Notes under the pieces: model-generated
The model's input: the letters and a program-made list of their open reading frames with translations, nothing else
Database searches by the model: none
Told to the model about the DNA's origin: nothing
Shown: positions 1 to 12,300 of the stretch, one piece after another
Numbering within the stretch: position 1 is the first letter of the stretch
Layout: every line of letters starts with the position of its first letter
From: Squalus acanthias
Lineage: Eukaryota
Assembly: GCA_030390025.1 (NCBI GenBank)
Contig: CM059430.1
Span: forward strand, 62,000,001 to 62,064,000
Direction: 5' to 3'
DNA length: 64,000 bases
Position numbers and translations under genes: made by a program

Positions 1-289
1 ACTTGAACTGCTGCTGTGTAGAGGTGAATTGCTGAGCCACATTCTTCATTTAGCTGGAGAAAGTGATGCGCTCGTCTCACTATTTCCGAACATGTTTAAG
101 TACGGCAAAAACCACACGGCCAAAAGCTACGCTATTTCCTTACATTTTATCAGACTACGTGATAAGTCGAACATGCAGGCATTTCACGCTGCTATATCTG
201 AAATGCTTATTATTCCAGTATCGGGTTATTAAATTAATCCTTACCCCAATTATATATTCTCCAATTTGGAAACAGTTGGTCGGTAACCA

Positions 290-590
290 AAGGACACAGA
301 CTTAAAATAATTGGAAAAGGACTGGAAGGTAATTTAGGAGAATTGTTTTCATACAGAGGTTTGTAAGATCTGGAATACACTACCGCGAAGACTGTTGGAA
401 GCAGATTCCATATTAACTTTCAAAAGGCAATTGGAGATGTAGTTGAAGAAGACTAATTTGCAGGGTTATGAGGAAAAAGCTGGGGTGCGGGAGTAAATTG
501 GACAGCTCTTTCAAAGAGCCGGTACAGGCCGAATGGCCTCCTTCTGATCTTAAGATTCTATGATTCTACGATTCTATGATTATTATTAGA
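290..590 (+). mobile_element. CR1 LINE 3' fragment with (TTCTATGA)n-type tail
   Basis: Similar to the 3' ends of other CR1 copies in the window (tggaa..cact..cc, ggccgaatggcctccttctg) and ends in a ttctatga microsatellite; boundaries approximate. Confidence 0.75.
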
Positions 591-894
591 TGTGGAAATT
601 GAATGTAAAATATAACACAATTACAAGTAAAGAGCTCCTGAAAACTTACTGCATTTTTTTCGGACTGTGTCACAGCATAACATTTGGTATTGCAAGTATG
701 AGCATTCTTGAAAATGGCTGCAGTCATCCAACCCAGAGAGTGAGCTAAACTATTCTGTTCACCTTATCACGTTTACATTCAGGGTAAAATTGCGCATTCA
801 AACGCCACAAGGGGAATACGAGGCAATCAGTTCAGAGTTCGCTTTCAGTCTAGCGGACGCATTTATACGTCCGAAATCATAGCTGAATTATATA

Positions 895-3800
895 TTTTTT
901 TATTCGTTTATGGGATGTGGGCGTTGCTGGCAAAGCCAGCATTTATTGCCCATCCCTAATTGCCCTTGAGAAGGTGTTGGTGAGCCGCCTTTTTGAACCG
1001 CTACAGTCCGTATGGTGAAGGTACTCCCACAGTGCTGTTAGGTAGGGAGTTCCAGGACTTTGACCCAGCGACGATGAAGGATTAGCGATATACTTCTAAG
1101 TCACGATGGTGTGTGACTTGGAGGGGAACTTGGAGGTGGTGGTGTTCCCATGAGTCTGCTGCCCTTGTCCCCCTAGGTGGAAGAGCTCGAGGATTTGGGA
1201 GGTGCTGCCAAAGATACCTTGGCGAGTTTCTGCAGTGCATCTTGTAGATGGAACACATTGGAGCCACAGTACGCCAGTGGTGGAGGGAGTGAAGGTTTAA
1301 GGTGGTAGATAGGGTGCTAATCAAGCGGGCTGATTTGTCCTGGATGGTGACGAGCTTCTTGAGTGTTGTTTAAGCTGCACTGATCCAGGCAAGTGGAGAG
1401 TATTCCATTACACTCCTTAATTGTGCCTTGTAGATGATGGAAAGGCTTTGGGGAGGCAGGAGGTGAGACACTCGCCGCTGAATACCGAGCCTCTGACCTG
1501 CTGTTGTTGCCACAGTATTTATGTGGCTGGTGCAGTTAAGTTTCTGGTCAATGGTGACGCCCAGGATATTGATGATAGGGGATTCGGAGATGGCAATGCC
1601 ATTGAATGTTAAAGGGCGGTGGTTAGAATCTCGCTTGTCGGAGATAGTCATTGCCTGGCACTTCTGTTTTGCGAATGTTAGCTCCCACTTAACATCCCAA
1701 GCCTGAACGTCTTCCAGGTCTTTTTGCATGCGGGCATGGATGCTTCATTATGTGAGGATTTGTGAATTGCACTCAACACTGTGCAGTCATCAGCGAACAT
1801 CCCCATTTCTGACGTTATGTTGGAAGGAAGTTCATTCATGAAGCAGCTGAAGATGATTGGGCCGAGGACACTTCCGTGAGGAACTCGTGCAGCGATGTCC
1901 TGGGGCTGTGAATCTCCACCACCATCTTCCTTTGTGCTAGGCATGACTCCAGCTAGTAGAGAGTCCGCCCCCCCCCCTCCACCCGCCCCGCCACCACCAA
2001 TTCCCATTGACTTCAGTTTTACTAGGGCTCCTTGATACCACACTCGGTTAAAGGCTGCCTTGATGTCAAGGGCAGTCATTCTCACTTCTCCTCTGGAATT
2101 CAACTCCTTTGTTCATGTTTGGACCAAGGCTTTAATGAGGTCGGGAGCTGAGTGATCTTGGCGGAACCCAAACTGGACATCAGTGAGCAGTTTATTTGTG
2201 AGTAACTGCCAATTGATACCACTGTCGATGCCACCTTCCATCACTTTGCTGATGATTGACAGTAGACTGATGGGGTGGCAATTGGACGGATTGGATTTGT
2301 CCTGCTTTATGTGAACCGAACCTACCTGGGCAGTTTTCCACATTGTCGGATAGATGCCAGTGTTGTAGCTGTACTGGAACAGCTTGGCTAGAGGCGCGGC
2401 TAGTTCTGGAGCACAAGTCTTCAGCACGATAGCCGGGATGTTTTCAGAGCACATAAACTTTGCTCTATCCAGTGCGCTCAGCTGTTTCTTGATATCACAT
2501 GGAGTGAATCGAATTGGCTGAAGACTGGCTTCTGTGATGGTGGGGACCTCAGGAGGAGTCCGATATGGATCATCCACTCAGCACTTCTGGCAAACGCTTC
2601 AGCCTTGTCTTTTGCACTCACGTGCTGGGCTCCACCATCATTCAGGATGGGATATTCATGCAGCATCCTCCTCCCATTAGTTGTTTAATGTTTCACCACC
2701 ATTCACGACTGGACGTGGCAGAACTGCAGAGCTTTGATCTGATCCGTTGATTGTGGGATCACTTAGCCCTGTCTATAGCATACTGCTTCTGCTTTTTTGC
2801 ATGCATGTAGTCCTGTGTTGCAGCTTCCCCAGGTTGGCACCTCATTTTTAGGTACATCTGATGCTACTGCTGGCATGCTCTTCTACACTCCTTATTGAAC
2901 CAGGGTTGTTCCCCTGGCTTGATGGTAATGGTAGTTTGAGGGATATACCGGACCACGAGGTTGCAGATTGTGGTGGAATACAATTCTGCTGCTGATGATG
3001 GCCCACAACACCTGAGAGATGCCCAGTTTTGAACTGCTAGATCTGTTCTGAATCTATTCCAGTTAGCATGGTGGTAGTGCCACACAACACGATGGAGGGT
3101 GTCCTCAGTGTGAAGACGGGACTTCATCTCCACAATAACTGTGCGGTGGTCACTGCTACCAATACTGACATGGACAGATGAATCTGCGACACGTAGATTG
3201 GTGACGATGAGGTCAAGTTGGTTTTCCCTCCTGTTGGTTCTCTTACCACCTGTCACAGGCCCAGACTGGCAGTTATGTGCATCCGAACTCGGCCAGCTCG
3301 GTCAGTAGTAATGTTACCGAGCCACTCTTGGTAATGGACATTGAAGTCCCCCACTCAGAGTACATTTTGTGCCCTTGCTACTCTCCGTGCTTCTTCCAAG
3401 TGGTGTTCAACAGGGCGGTTTACTGATTCATCAGCTGAGGGACGGCGGTATGTGGGACAGGACCTACCCAGGGATGGTGATGGAGGAGTTTGGGACATTG
3501 GCTGAAAGGTATGATTCTGTTTGTTTGACTATGTCAGGCTGCTGCTTGCTAGTCTGTGGGACAGTTCTCCTAATTTTGTCACAAGTCCTCAGATGTTGGT
3601 GAGGAGGACTTTTCAGCGTTGACTGGGCTGGTGTGCCGTTGCCATGTCGATGCCGGGTGGTCCGTCTGGTTTCGTTTCTATTATTTTATTTCGTAGAGGT
3701 TTGTTACAACTGAGTGGCTTGCTAGGCCATTTCAGAGGGCAGTTAAGAGTCAACATCATTACTGTGGGTCTGGAGTCAATTATGGGCCGGACCAGGTAAA

Positions 3801-4020
3801 GATGGCAGATTTTCTTCCCTAAAGGACATTAGTGAACCAGATGGGTTTTTACAACAATCCGATAGTTTCATGGTTACCATTACTTTACAAGCTTTTTATT
3901 CCAGATTTATTAAATTAACTGAATTTAAATTCCCCAGCTGCCGTGGTGGGATTTGAACTCACGTCTCTGGATCATTAGACCAGGCCTCTGGATTACTGGA
4001 TTGAGGTCATGGTACCACCA
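895..4020 (-). mobile_element. Degenerate, near full-length non-LTR retrotransposon (APE endonuclease + RT, no ORF1) with tRNA-derived 5' head
   Basis: Broken ORFs 2864-3256 (LDLIVTN..SSDH, APE C-terminus), 2113-2577, 1678-2103 (LDIKAAF, PHGSVLGP, FADD) and 1370-1729; A-rich 3' end near 895-903; B-box (ggatttgaactc on +, 3949-3960); collinear with the copy starting at 36717. Confidence 0.85.
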
Positions 4021-4143
4021 AATGTACACACAGAATAGCTTCGGGAAATTTGAAGTTGTTAAAATGGTTTTAACCTTATCCCCAGGAAGAACAGCCAATT
4101 GGGGCACAATTTTAGATCTAATTTTATTTTTCCTCCCTAATCC

Positions 4144-4527
4144 TTGCTAAATTTGCCCTTTGGGACGAGAACCACAGAGAACTGGATTGACTCTGTGGGC
4201 TGCGATCTCCTGTCAGCAACTGAGGGAGCGAGATTCAACCTTAGTGTGGGCGCAGAATGGGCGGTGGTAGATCGCCCACCTATTATGCACCCTGTACGAT
4301 TTTCCTTATTGGAGAAACTCAAAATCTACCTCAGTGACGTATTGGGGTATAAAATCATCTTGTGCCGCTGCGCAAAATGGGCGATAGTGAATCGACATTC
4401 CGTTTTGCAGTCCAACCGATTATCATTCCATTGAAGTAAATGCAAAGGGAAATCGGGCAGAGTGCAAAACGGGCATCCGTCGTGCTGTCGCCAGTTTATC
4501 CGCTACTGCACAAGATGAATTTATACC
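4144..4527. mobile_element. Possible MITE-like non-autonomous DNA element
   Basis: CpG-rich non-coding segment with imperfect internal inverted repeats (gggcg..cgccc motifs) and aaattt/gaattt ends; TIR and TSD not clearly resolved. Confidence 0.3.
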
Positions 4528-4620
4528 ATTGGCCAAGAATTTACTGGCCAAGAATTTGCTGTGTCGATGACGGCGAACTGGCAGCATTTGCCGTCATTCC
4601 GCTTTGAAACTGACCGGAAC

Positions 4621-7225
4621 GTTAGTGGGGGTTTGTGTACAGACCTCCAAACAGTAGTAGTGAGGTGGGGGAGGGTATGAAACAGCAAATCAGAGGTGCA
4701 TGCAAAAAAGGCGCAGCAGTTATCATGGGTGACTTTAATATGCATATAGATTGAGCTACTCAAACTGGAAGCAATACGATGGAGGAGGATTTGCTGGAGT
4801 GTTTAAGGGATGGTTTCCTAAATCAATATGTTGATGAATCAACTAGAGGGGAGGCCATCCTGGACTGGGTGTTGTGTAATGAGGAAGGACTAATCAGCAA
4901 TCTTGTGGTGCGAGGCCCCTTGGGGAAGAGTGACTACAGTATGGTGGAGTTCTACATTAGGATGGAGAAGGAAACAGTTAATTCAGAGACCATGGTCCAG
5001 AACTTAAATAAGGGCAACTTTGAGGGTATGAGGCGTGAATTGGCGAGGTTAGATTGGCAAGCGATATTTAAGGGGTTATCATTGGAAGGGCAATGGCAGA
5101 CATTAAGAGATCGCATGGATGAACTACAGCAATTGTACATCCCTGTCTGGCGTAAAAATAAAAAAGGGAAGGTGGCTCAACCATGGCTAACAAGGGAAAT
5201 CAGGGATAGTATTAAAAGCAAGGAAGTGGCATACAAATTGGCCAGAAGTAGCAGCAACCCCGGGGACTGGGAGAACTTTAAAACTCAGCAGAGGAGGACG
5301 AAGGGTTTGATTAGGGCAGGGAAAATAAAATATGAAAGGAACCTTGCAGAGAACATTAAAACGGACTGCAAAAGCTTCTATAAATATATAAAAAGAAAGA
5401 GGTTAGTAAAAACAAACGTAGGTCCACTGCAGTCAGAAACAGGGGAAGTCATAATGAGGAACAAAGAAATGCCAGATCAATTGAACAAGTACTTTGGTTC
5501 GGTGTTTACTGTGGAGGACACAAACAACCTTCCGGAAATAAAAGAGATCAAAGGATCTGGTAAGAGGGAGGAGCTGAGAGAAATCCTTATCAGTCGGGAA
5601 AAGGTGTTGGGGAAATTGATGGGTCTGAAGGCTGATAAATCCCCAGGGCCTGATGGTCTGCATCCCAGAGTACTTAAGGAGGTGGCCTTGGAAATAGTGG
5701 ATGCATTGACGATCATTTTCCAACATTCCTTAGACTCTGGATCAGTTCCGAAGGAGTGGAGGGTGGCTAATGTAACCCCTCTTTTTAAAAAAGGAGGGAG
5801 GGAGAAAGCAGGGAATTATACACCGCTCAGCCTGACATCGGTGGTGGGTAAAATGATGGAATCAATTATTAAAGATGTCATAACAGACCTTTTGGAAAGT
5901 GGCGACATGATAGGTCCAAGTCAGCATGGATTTGTGAAAGGGAAATCATGCTTGACAAATCTTCTGGAATTTTTTGAGGATGTTTCCAATAGGGTGGACG
6001 GGGGGGAACCAGTAGATGTGGTGTATTTGGACTTTCAGAAGACCTTCGACAAGGTCCCACACAAGAGATTGTTGTGCAAAGTTAAAGCATATGGGATTGG
6101 GGGTAATGTGTTGACATGGATTGAGAACTGGTTGGCACACAGGAAACAAAGAGTAGGAGTAAATGGGTACTTTTCAGAATGGCAGGCAGTGACCAGCGGG
6201 GTACCGCAGGGTTCGGTGCTGGGGCCCCAGCTGTTTACATTATATATTAATGATTTGGACGAAGGGATTAATTGTAATATCTCCAAATTTGCGGATGACA
6301 CTAAATTGGGAGGCAGTGTGAACAATGAGGAGGATGCTAGGAGGCTACAGAGTGACTTGGACAGGTTGGGTGAATGGGCAAATGATTGGCAGATGAAGTA
6401 CAATGTGGATAAATGTGAGGTTATCGACTTTGGTGGTAAAAATAGGGAGGCAGACTATTACCTGAATGGTGGCAGATTAGGGAAAGGGGAGGTGCAACGA
6501 GACCTGTGCGTCATGGTACATCAGTCACTGAAGGTGGGAAGGCAAGTGCAGCAGGCAGTCAAGAAAGCAAATGGCATGATGGCCTTCATAGCAAGGGGAT
6601 TTTAGTACAGGAGTAGGGAGGTGATGCTACAGTTGTACAGGGCCTTGGAGAGGCCACTCCTGGAGTATTGTGTGCAGTTTTGGTCTCCTAACTTGAGGAA
6701 GGACATTCTTGCTATTGAGGGAGTGCAACGAAGGTTCACGAGATTGATTCCTGGGATGGCCAGACTGACATATCAAGAAAGACTGGATCAACTGAACTTG
6801 TATACTCTGGAGTTCAGAAGAATGAGGGGGGATCTTATAGAGACATTTAAAATCCTGACTGGTTTAGACAAATTAGATGCGGCAGAATGTTTCCAATGTT
6901 AGGGAAAACTAAAACCAGGGGTCACAGTCTAAGGATAAAGGGGAAGCCATTTAAGACTGAGATGAGGAGGAACTTCTTCACCCAGAGAGTGGTGAATCTG
7001 TGGAATTCTCTACCACAGAAGGTTGTTGAGGCCAGTTCGCTAAATATATTCAAAAGGGAGTTAGATATAATACTCACAACTAGGGGGATCAAGGGGTATG
7101 GCGAAAAAGCAGGAATGGGATACTGAGGTAGCATGTTCAGCCATGAACGCATTAAATGGCGGTGCAGGCTCGAAGGACCGAATGGTCTACTCCTGCATCT
7201 ATTTTCTATGTTTCTATGTTTCTAT
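4621..7225 (+). mobile_element. Young 5'-truncated CR1 LINE
   Basis: ORF2 pieces 4779-6605, 6621-6902 and 6887-7126 (YLDFQK, GVPQGSVLGP, FADD); (TTTCTATG)3 tail; flanked by ggaac at 4616-4620 and 7226-7230. Confidence 0.93.
4779..7126 (+). pseudogene. CR1 ORF2 (endonuclease C-terminus + reverse transcriptase) with one nonsense codon (TAG 6603-6605) and one frameshift (~6885)
   Basis: 608-aa open frame with RT motifs; the same frame resumes after the TAG; the C-terminal TRGHS..F..RVVNLWNSLP segment is in a shifted frame. Confidence 0.88.
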
Positions 7226-7622
7226 GGAACTTCGGATTTGGCGAAGTTGCGGTCAATCATTCACAGCTGCGAAACTCGCCGACTGTGCTCCCTGCCCCCG
7301 CTCCCCACCCCCTCGCCATTGAGCCGGCAACCCGTGTAATCAGACAAATCAGGGAAACTGACGAAAACTTTGGCTGTTCCGCAGTAAGTATGCTGTTAAT
7401 TTCCCCAATAAAAGTTAGACGCAAAAGGATTAAGTATAACTGGGGGTTTGACAGCATTATTAATGCTAAACAAATGTCCTGGAAAACGAATTTTAATTTT
7501 GTGCAGTTTGAAATTTGTCCAGTTTAATTGAAATTAAAATTTTAAAGACATTTTTCAAAAAATATTTTATTAAATGTTTTTTAAAGTTTTTGCGTCTTTA
7601 TTTCAGGGTTGCCTTTTCCACA

Positions 7623-7726
7623 GTACTGACGAAGGGTCTTCGACCTGAAACATTAACTCTGTTTCTCTCTCCACGGATGTTGCCTGGCCTGCTGAGTTTT
7701 TCCAGCGCTTTCTGTTGTTATTTTTA
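7623..7726 (+). mobile_element. ~104-bp non-coding element beginning with a degenerate type I hammerhead ribozyme motif (Penelope-dependent mini-element)
   Basis: CTGACGA-A-GGGTC-TTC-GACCT-GAAA-CATT-AAC at 7626-7657; 11-bp TSD ccttttccaca at 7612-7622 and 7727-7737; same family as 35389-35595. Confidence 0.7.
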
Positions 7727-9369
7727 CCTTTTCCACATGTGAGAGCCCCCATCTTTGTTTTGCTGTCGCGACCATTTTTAAAATGTTAACATTTTAAGAG
7801 CTTACTCATTTCCTTGTTCGCTGTCTGTGAGAATACTGCGTTTTGATTGGCTGCTTAGACAGCCTCTTGACTTCACAGCAGTTAGTACAAGGCGATCGCC
7901 ATTAACTTCGGTTAATTTAAATTGAAGCTCGGAAGACCCGAAGTTCTCGACACAGGGATCGCGAGATCTTTTTGCTAAGTATACTTTGGGGCCAGCAGCG
8001 AACGCCTTCACTTTGCTGCTGACGGCAAATTAAGGGCCATTGAGTCCTGACTCTGATTTCTGGCTGCAGTTGCATTTTAACTGCAGCGTCCAAGTCCCTA
8101 CAAGTGTAATAAAAATGCACAGTAAGAAGTGAATTTGAATGGTCTGGGCAACAAATTTGGGATGGGAATGTAAAATTATTCCACAGTTCTGGTAAGTGCA
8201 GTGCCTGCCCCTTTATTTAGAAGTTGTCTTATATGAATTTGATTCTATCAACTGGCACTTCTGAAAGCATCACTTGGAGTATTTACCAGAAGATGTTAAC
8301 AACATAGGAAAACAAAAGACAAAATGTTCCATTATTAATCATAAAAATTATTGTCTCGAGTGCAATGTGGTTTGTTTATTTCAGAGAAATGGCACCACAT
8401 CTATTTAATTAAACACTAACAGACTCTCCGTGGCGTTGCTCACTGAATCGGATGTTCTCTAAGAACAGGTGTCGAATAGAAGTTTTGTAGTTTTAGAATG
8501 GAAACTGATTAAACGGAATTCAGGCAGCCCTGGAATCTGGGAGAATGGGGAATATCAGGGTTTTAAAATTATTTGCATGGGGTCTAGTTGTGTTTTGAGG
8601 ATCTCAGAGTCTGACAGCATTGAGAGAGAGCTCAAGTATTCCGGAAACACTAGACAGCATCTGGCAATATTGGCGCAGGACCTGTCATACCGTGAACACT
8701 GTGAGATGGCTGTTGGGTTTCACTCAGGGTCTGGCAGCAATCGTGGCAGTTCAAGGATCAGGGAGGGTTTGAAATGTGTTTGAAGGTTTTGGAAGCAGTG
8801 AGAAGGGGTCTCAATATCTTGCAGTGTGGTCAGAAGCCCCGACACGGGGAATCATAGGGTCCAGCAGGAACGAGGCAGAGGTTTGGGAGCATTGAAGGAA
8901 CAGACCTGTGCATTATTGGGAACTGTTGAGAGCTGGCAGCAATAGGGATCAAGTTCTAGCCGCCATGTAGGAAATGGGGGCCCAGAAGAATAGGACCTGA
9001 ACTGCCCTTGTTCCCTTTCAAACCATCAGAGCACAACTTACCACTATCTTTCTGGCTTTTAGCCTGTTCTATCAACAAAACTACATGTCTTTTCGTACAC
9101 TTAGGTACGCACTACCATTTTCCCCATCGTCAGCCAATATCTGCCTTTAAGCATCTAAATATAACTGTGCTGTTTCTTACAAGGCACCATGGGGCAGAGG
9201 TGCAGAATTTCACAATATTCTCTCTCAGCCTATGCCCGAAGCACAAGCGTGAAAAGTGTGTCCTTTACTGTATACACCATCTTACAAGCAATGAAATTTC
9301 ACTTCGATTGTCCCAGTCTTTCAGCCATTTACACCATTTCTCTAAGCTTTTTGCCAGGCTATTGCAGAA

Positions 9370-12300
9370 GCAAGCTCGGAGGCGGATGAAAGGAGGACTC
9401 GAGAGCGAGAGAGCTGAGCTAAGCACAGGCAGAAACTCGAAAGTGGCGTCACAGGTATGTAATTGGTTGGTGAGCCTTACTTTTGTCTTTTTTCTCTCTA
9501 AGTTAGGGGAGTGGTTTAAAATAAGAAGTTTAGTTATTGGTCTAATAAATAGAGGCATAACAGGGCACATCAGTTCCATCAAATGCACATCCTTTGCCAT
9601 GTGGGAAGTCCAGGATCCGTCTCGTGTCCTGGACAGTCACTTGTGCAGGACATGTCATCAGCTGCAGGAGCCCGAGCTCAGCGTTTCGGAGATTGACCAT
9701 TGGCTGGCGTCTCCTGTGACCACCTCCTGAAATGTGCTATCCACGAGGCTGACATCTACAATAATAGCACGTTTGAGGAGGTGATCAAACTGCAGCTTAA
9801 GAGTGTGCAGGCAGAGAGGGAACGGGTGACCACCAGAAAGACAAGGAGAACCAGACAGGTAGTGCAGCGGTCCCCTGAGTGCTTCTCGCTCTCTTACCGG
9901 TATTCAGTGAATACTGGTGAGGGCGAATGTTCCTTTGGGGAGTTCAGCCAGATCCAAGTCCATGTGGGTGGCTCAGCTGTACAGGGAGTGGTGTGGGTGC
10001 GGTGGTGGCAGAGAACAGAAGAACATAAGAAATAGGATCAAAAGTAGTCCATTTGGCCCTTCAAGCCTGCTCCACCATTCAATAAGATCATGGCTGCTCT
10101 TCTACCTCATCTCCACTTTCCTGCACTATCCCCATATCCGTTGAATGCCTTAATATTCAAAAATCTATCGATCACTGTCTTGAATTTACTCAACGACTGA
10201 GCCTCCACAACCCTCTTGGGGTAGAGAATTCCAAAGATTCACCACCCACTGAGTGAAGTAATTTCTCCTCATCAGAATCCTGAATGGCCGACCACTTATT
10301 CTGAGACTGTGACTCCTGGTTCTAGACTCCCCAGCCAGGGGAAGCATTCTCCCTGCTTCTACCCTGTTAAGCGCTGAAAGAATTTTCTATGTTTCAATGA
10401 GATCACCTCTCATTCTTCGGAACTCTAGAGAACATCGGCTTACACAAAGCAATCTCTCTTCATAGGCAATCCCCCCATCCCAGGAATCAGTCTGGAGAAC
10501 CCTCGTTGCACTCCCTCTATGGCAAGTATATCCTTCCTTTGGTAAGGAGACCAAAACTGTACAATATACTCAAAGGTGTGGTCTCACCAGGGCCCTATAT
10601 AATTGCAGTAAGACATCTTTTCTCTTATACTCAAATCCTCTTGTAATAAAGGCCAACATACCATTTGCTTTCCTAATTGCTTGCTATATCTGCATGTTAA
10701 CTTTCAGTGATTCGTGTGCAAGAACACCGAGGTCCCTCTGAACAACAACATTTCACGATCTCTCACCATTTAAAAATACTTTGCTTTTCTATTTTTCCTA
10801 CCAAAGTTGATCATTTCACATGTCTCCACGTTATATCCAATTTGCCATGCTCCTCTCCACTCACTTAGCCTGTCTATATCCACTTGAAGGCGTTTTGCAT
10901 CCTCCTCACAAGTTACATTCCCACCCAGGTTTGTGTCATCAGCAAACTTGGATATAGTACATCTGGTCCCCTCAATGTAATCATTGATGTAGATTGTGAA
11001 TAGCCGAGGCCCAAGCACTGATCCTTGTGGTACCCCACGAGTCACCGCCTGACAACTCGAAAATGACCCGTTTATTCCTACTCTCTGTTTTATGTCCATT
11101 AACCAATCCTCAATCCCATGAGCCCAAATTTTGTTTAATAACCTCTTGTGTGGCACCTTATCGAATGCCTTCTGAAACGGAAACCGTGTTTTACAAATCT
11201 GGTAGAGTTTCTTGAGGGTGTAACTAGCAGTATAGATAAGGGGGAACCAATGGATGTGGTGTTTTTCGAATAGAAATGCACCACATTCATTGGTTATCAC
11301 ATATCTCTTCTGCTAGTTACACCCTCAAGAAACTCTAACAGATTTGTCAAACACGATTTCCCTTTCATAAATCTGTGTTGACTCTGCTCAATCCTATTAT
11401 TATTTTCTTAGTGCCCTGTTACCACGTCCTTAATAATAGATTGTAGCATTTTCCCTATTACTAATGTCAGGAAGGTCAGGAAACCAATTGTGATAGGGGA
11501 TTGCATAGTTAGGGGATCAGACAGGCTTTTTTGCAGCCGCAGATGTGATTCAAGGAAAATATGTTGCCTCCCTGGTGCCAGGGTCAAGGATGCCACTGAG
11601 CGGCTGCAGGACATTCTCAGGGAGAAGTGTGACCAGCCAGAGGTCGTGGTCCATATCAGCACCAATGATATAGATAGAAAGAGGGATGAGGTCCCGCAAG
11701 CAGATTTGAGGGACCTAGGAGAGAGATTAATAAGCAGGACCTCAAAGGTTGTAATCTCCGTATCACTCCTGCTGCCACACAGTAGTGAGTACAGAAATAG
11801 TAGGTTAGAGCAGATGAATGCGTGGCAGGCGAGATTTTGTGGGTTGGAGGGTTTTAGATTCTTGAGGCATTGGGGACAGTTCTGGCGTGGGTGGGACCTG
11901 TACAAGCTAGATGGATTGCACCTCATCAGGGTTGGGACCAATATACTTGCGGGGTTCATTGGTTGGGGGTGGGGGTGTTGCTCGTGGTGTTAGGGTGGTT
12001 TAAACTTGCTTTGCAAAGGGATGGGAACCGGAGCGGAGATTCAGAAGTAGAGAAGCAAAGTTGGAAATGGCTGGCTGAAAAATAGTAAGTGAGTTTGGAA
12101 TGCAGAGGAATCAAAACGTAAAAAATAGATAACAAGAGAGTTCGGCCTAATGGTATATACTGCAATGCAAGGAGTGTAGCGAATACGGCAGATGAGCTGA
12201 GGGCACATTTCGAAGTGGAAGTGGAATTATGATATCATTGCTATTCTGAAACACGTCATAAAGGAAGTCAGGAATTGCAGCTCAACATTCCTGGTTACAG

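Larger units (their letters stand above)
4531..8038. mobile_element. Harbinger-type MITE (GGCC termini, ATT TSD) interrupted by a CR1 and a mini hammerhead element
   Basis: Left end ggccaagaattt(gc), with a 15-bp tandem duplication, vs right end gcaaattaagggcc; ATT at 4528-4530 and 8039-8041; sequence is continuous across the CR1 insertion (gaccggaac|ttcggatttgg). Confidence 0.65.

Noticed and set aside
9008-9730. 240-aa ORF
   Set aside because: No ATG start and no recognisable domain; it runs from unique sequence into a CR1 5'UTR/ORF1 zinc finger.
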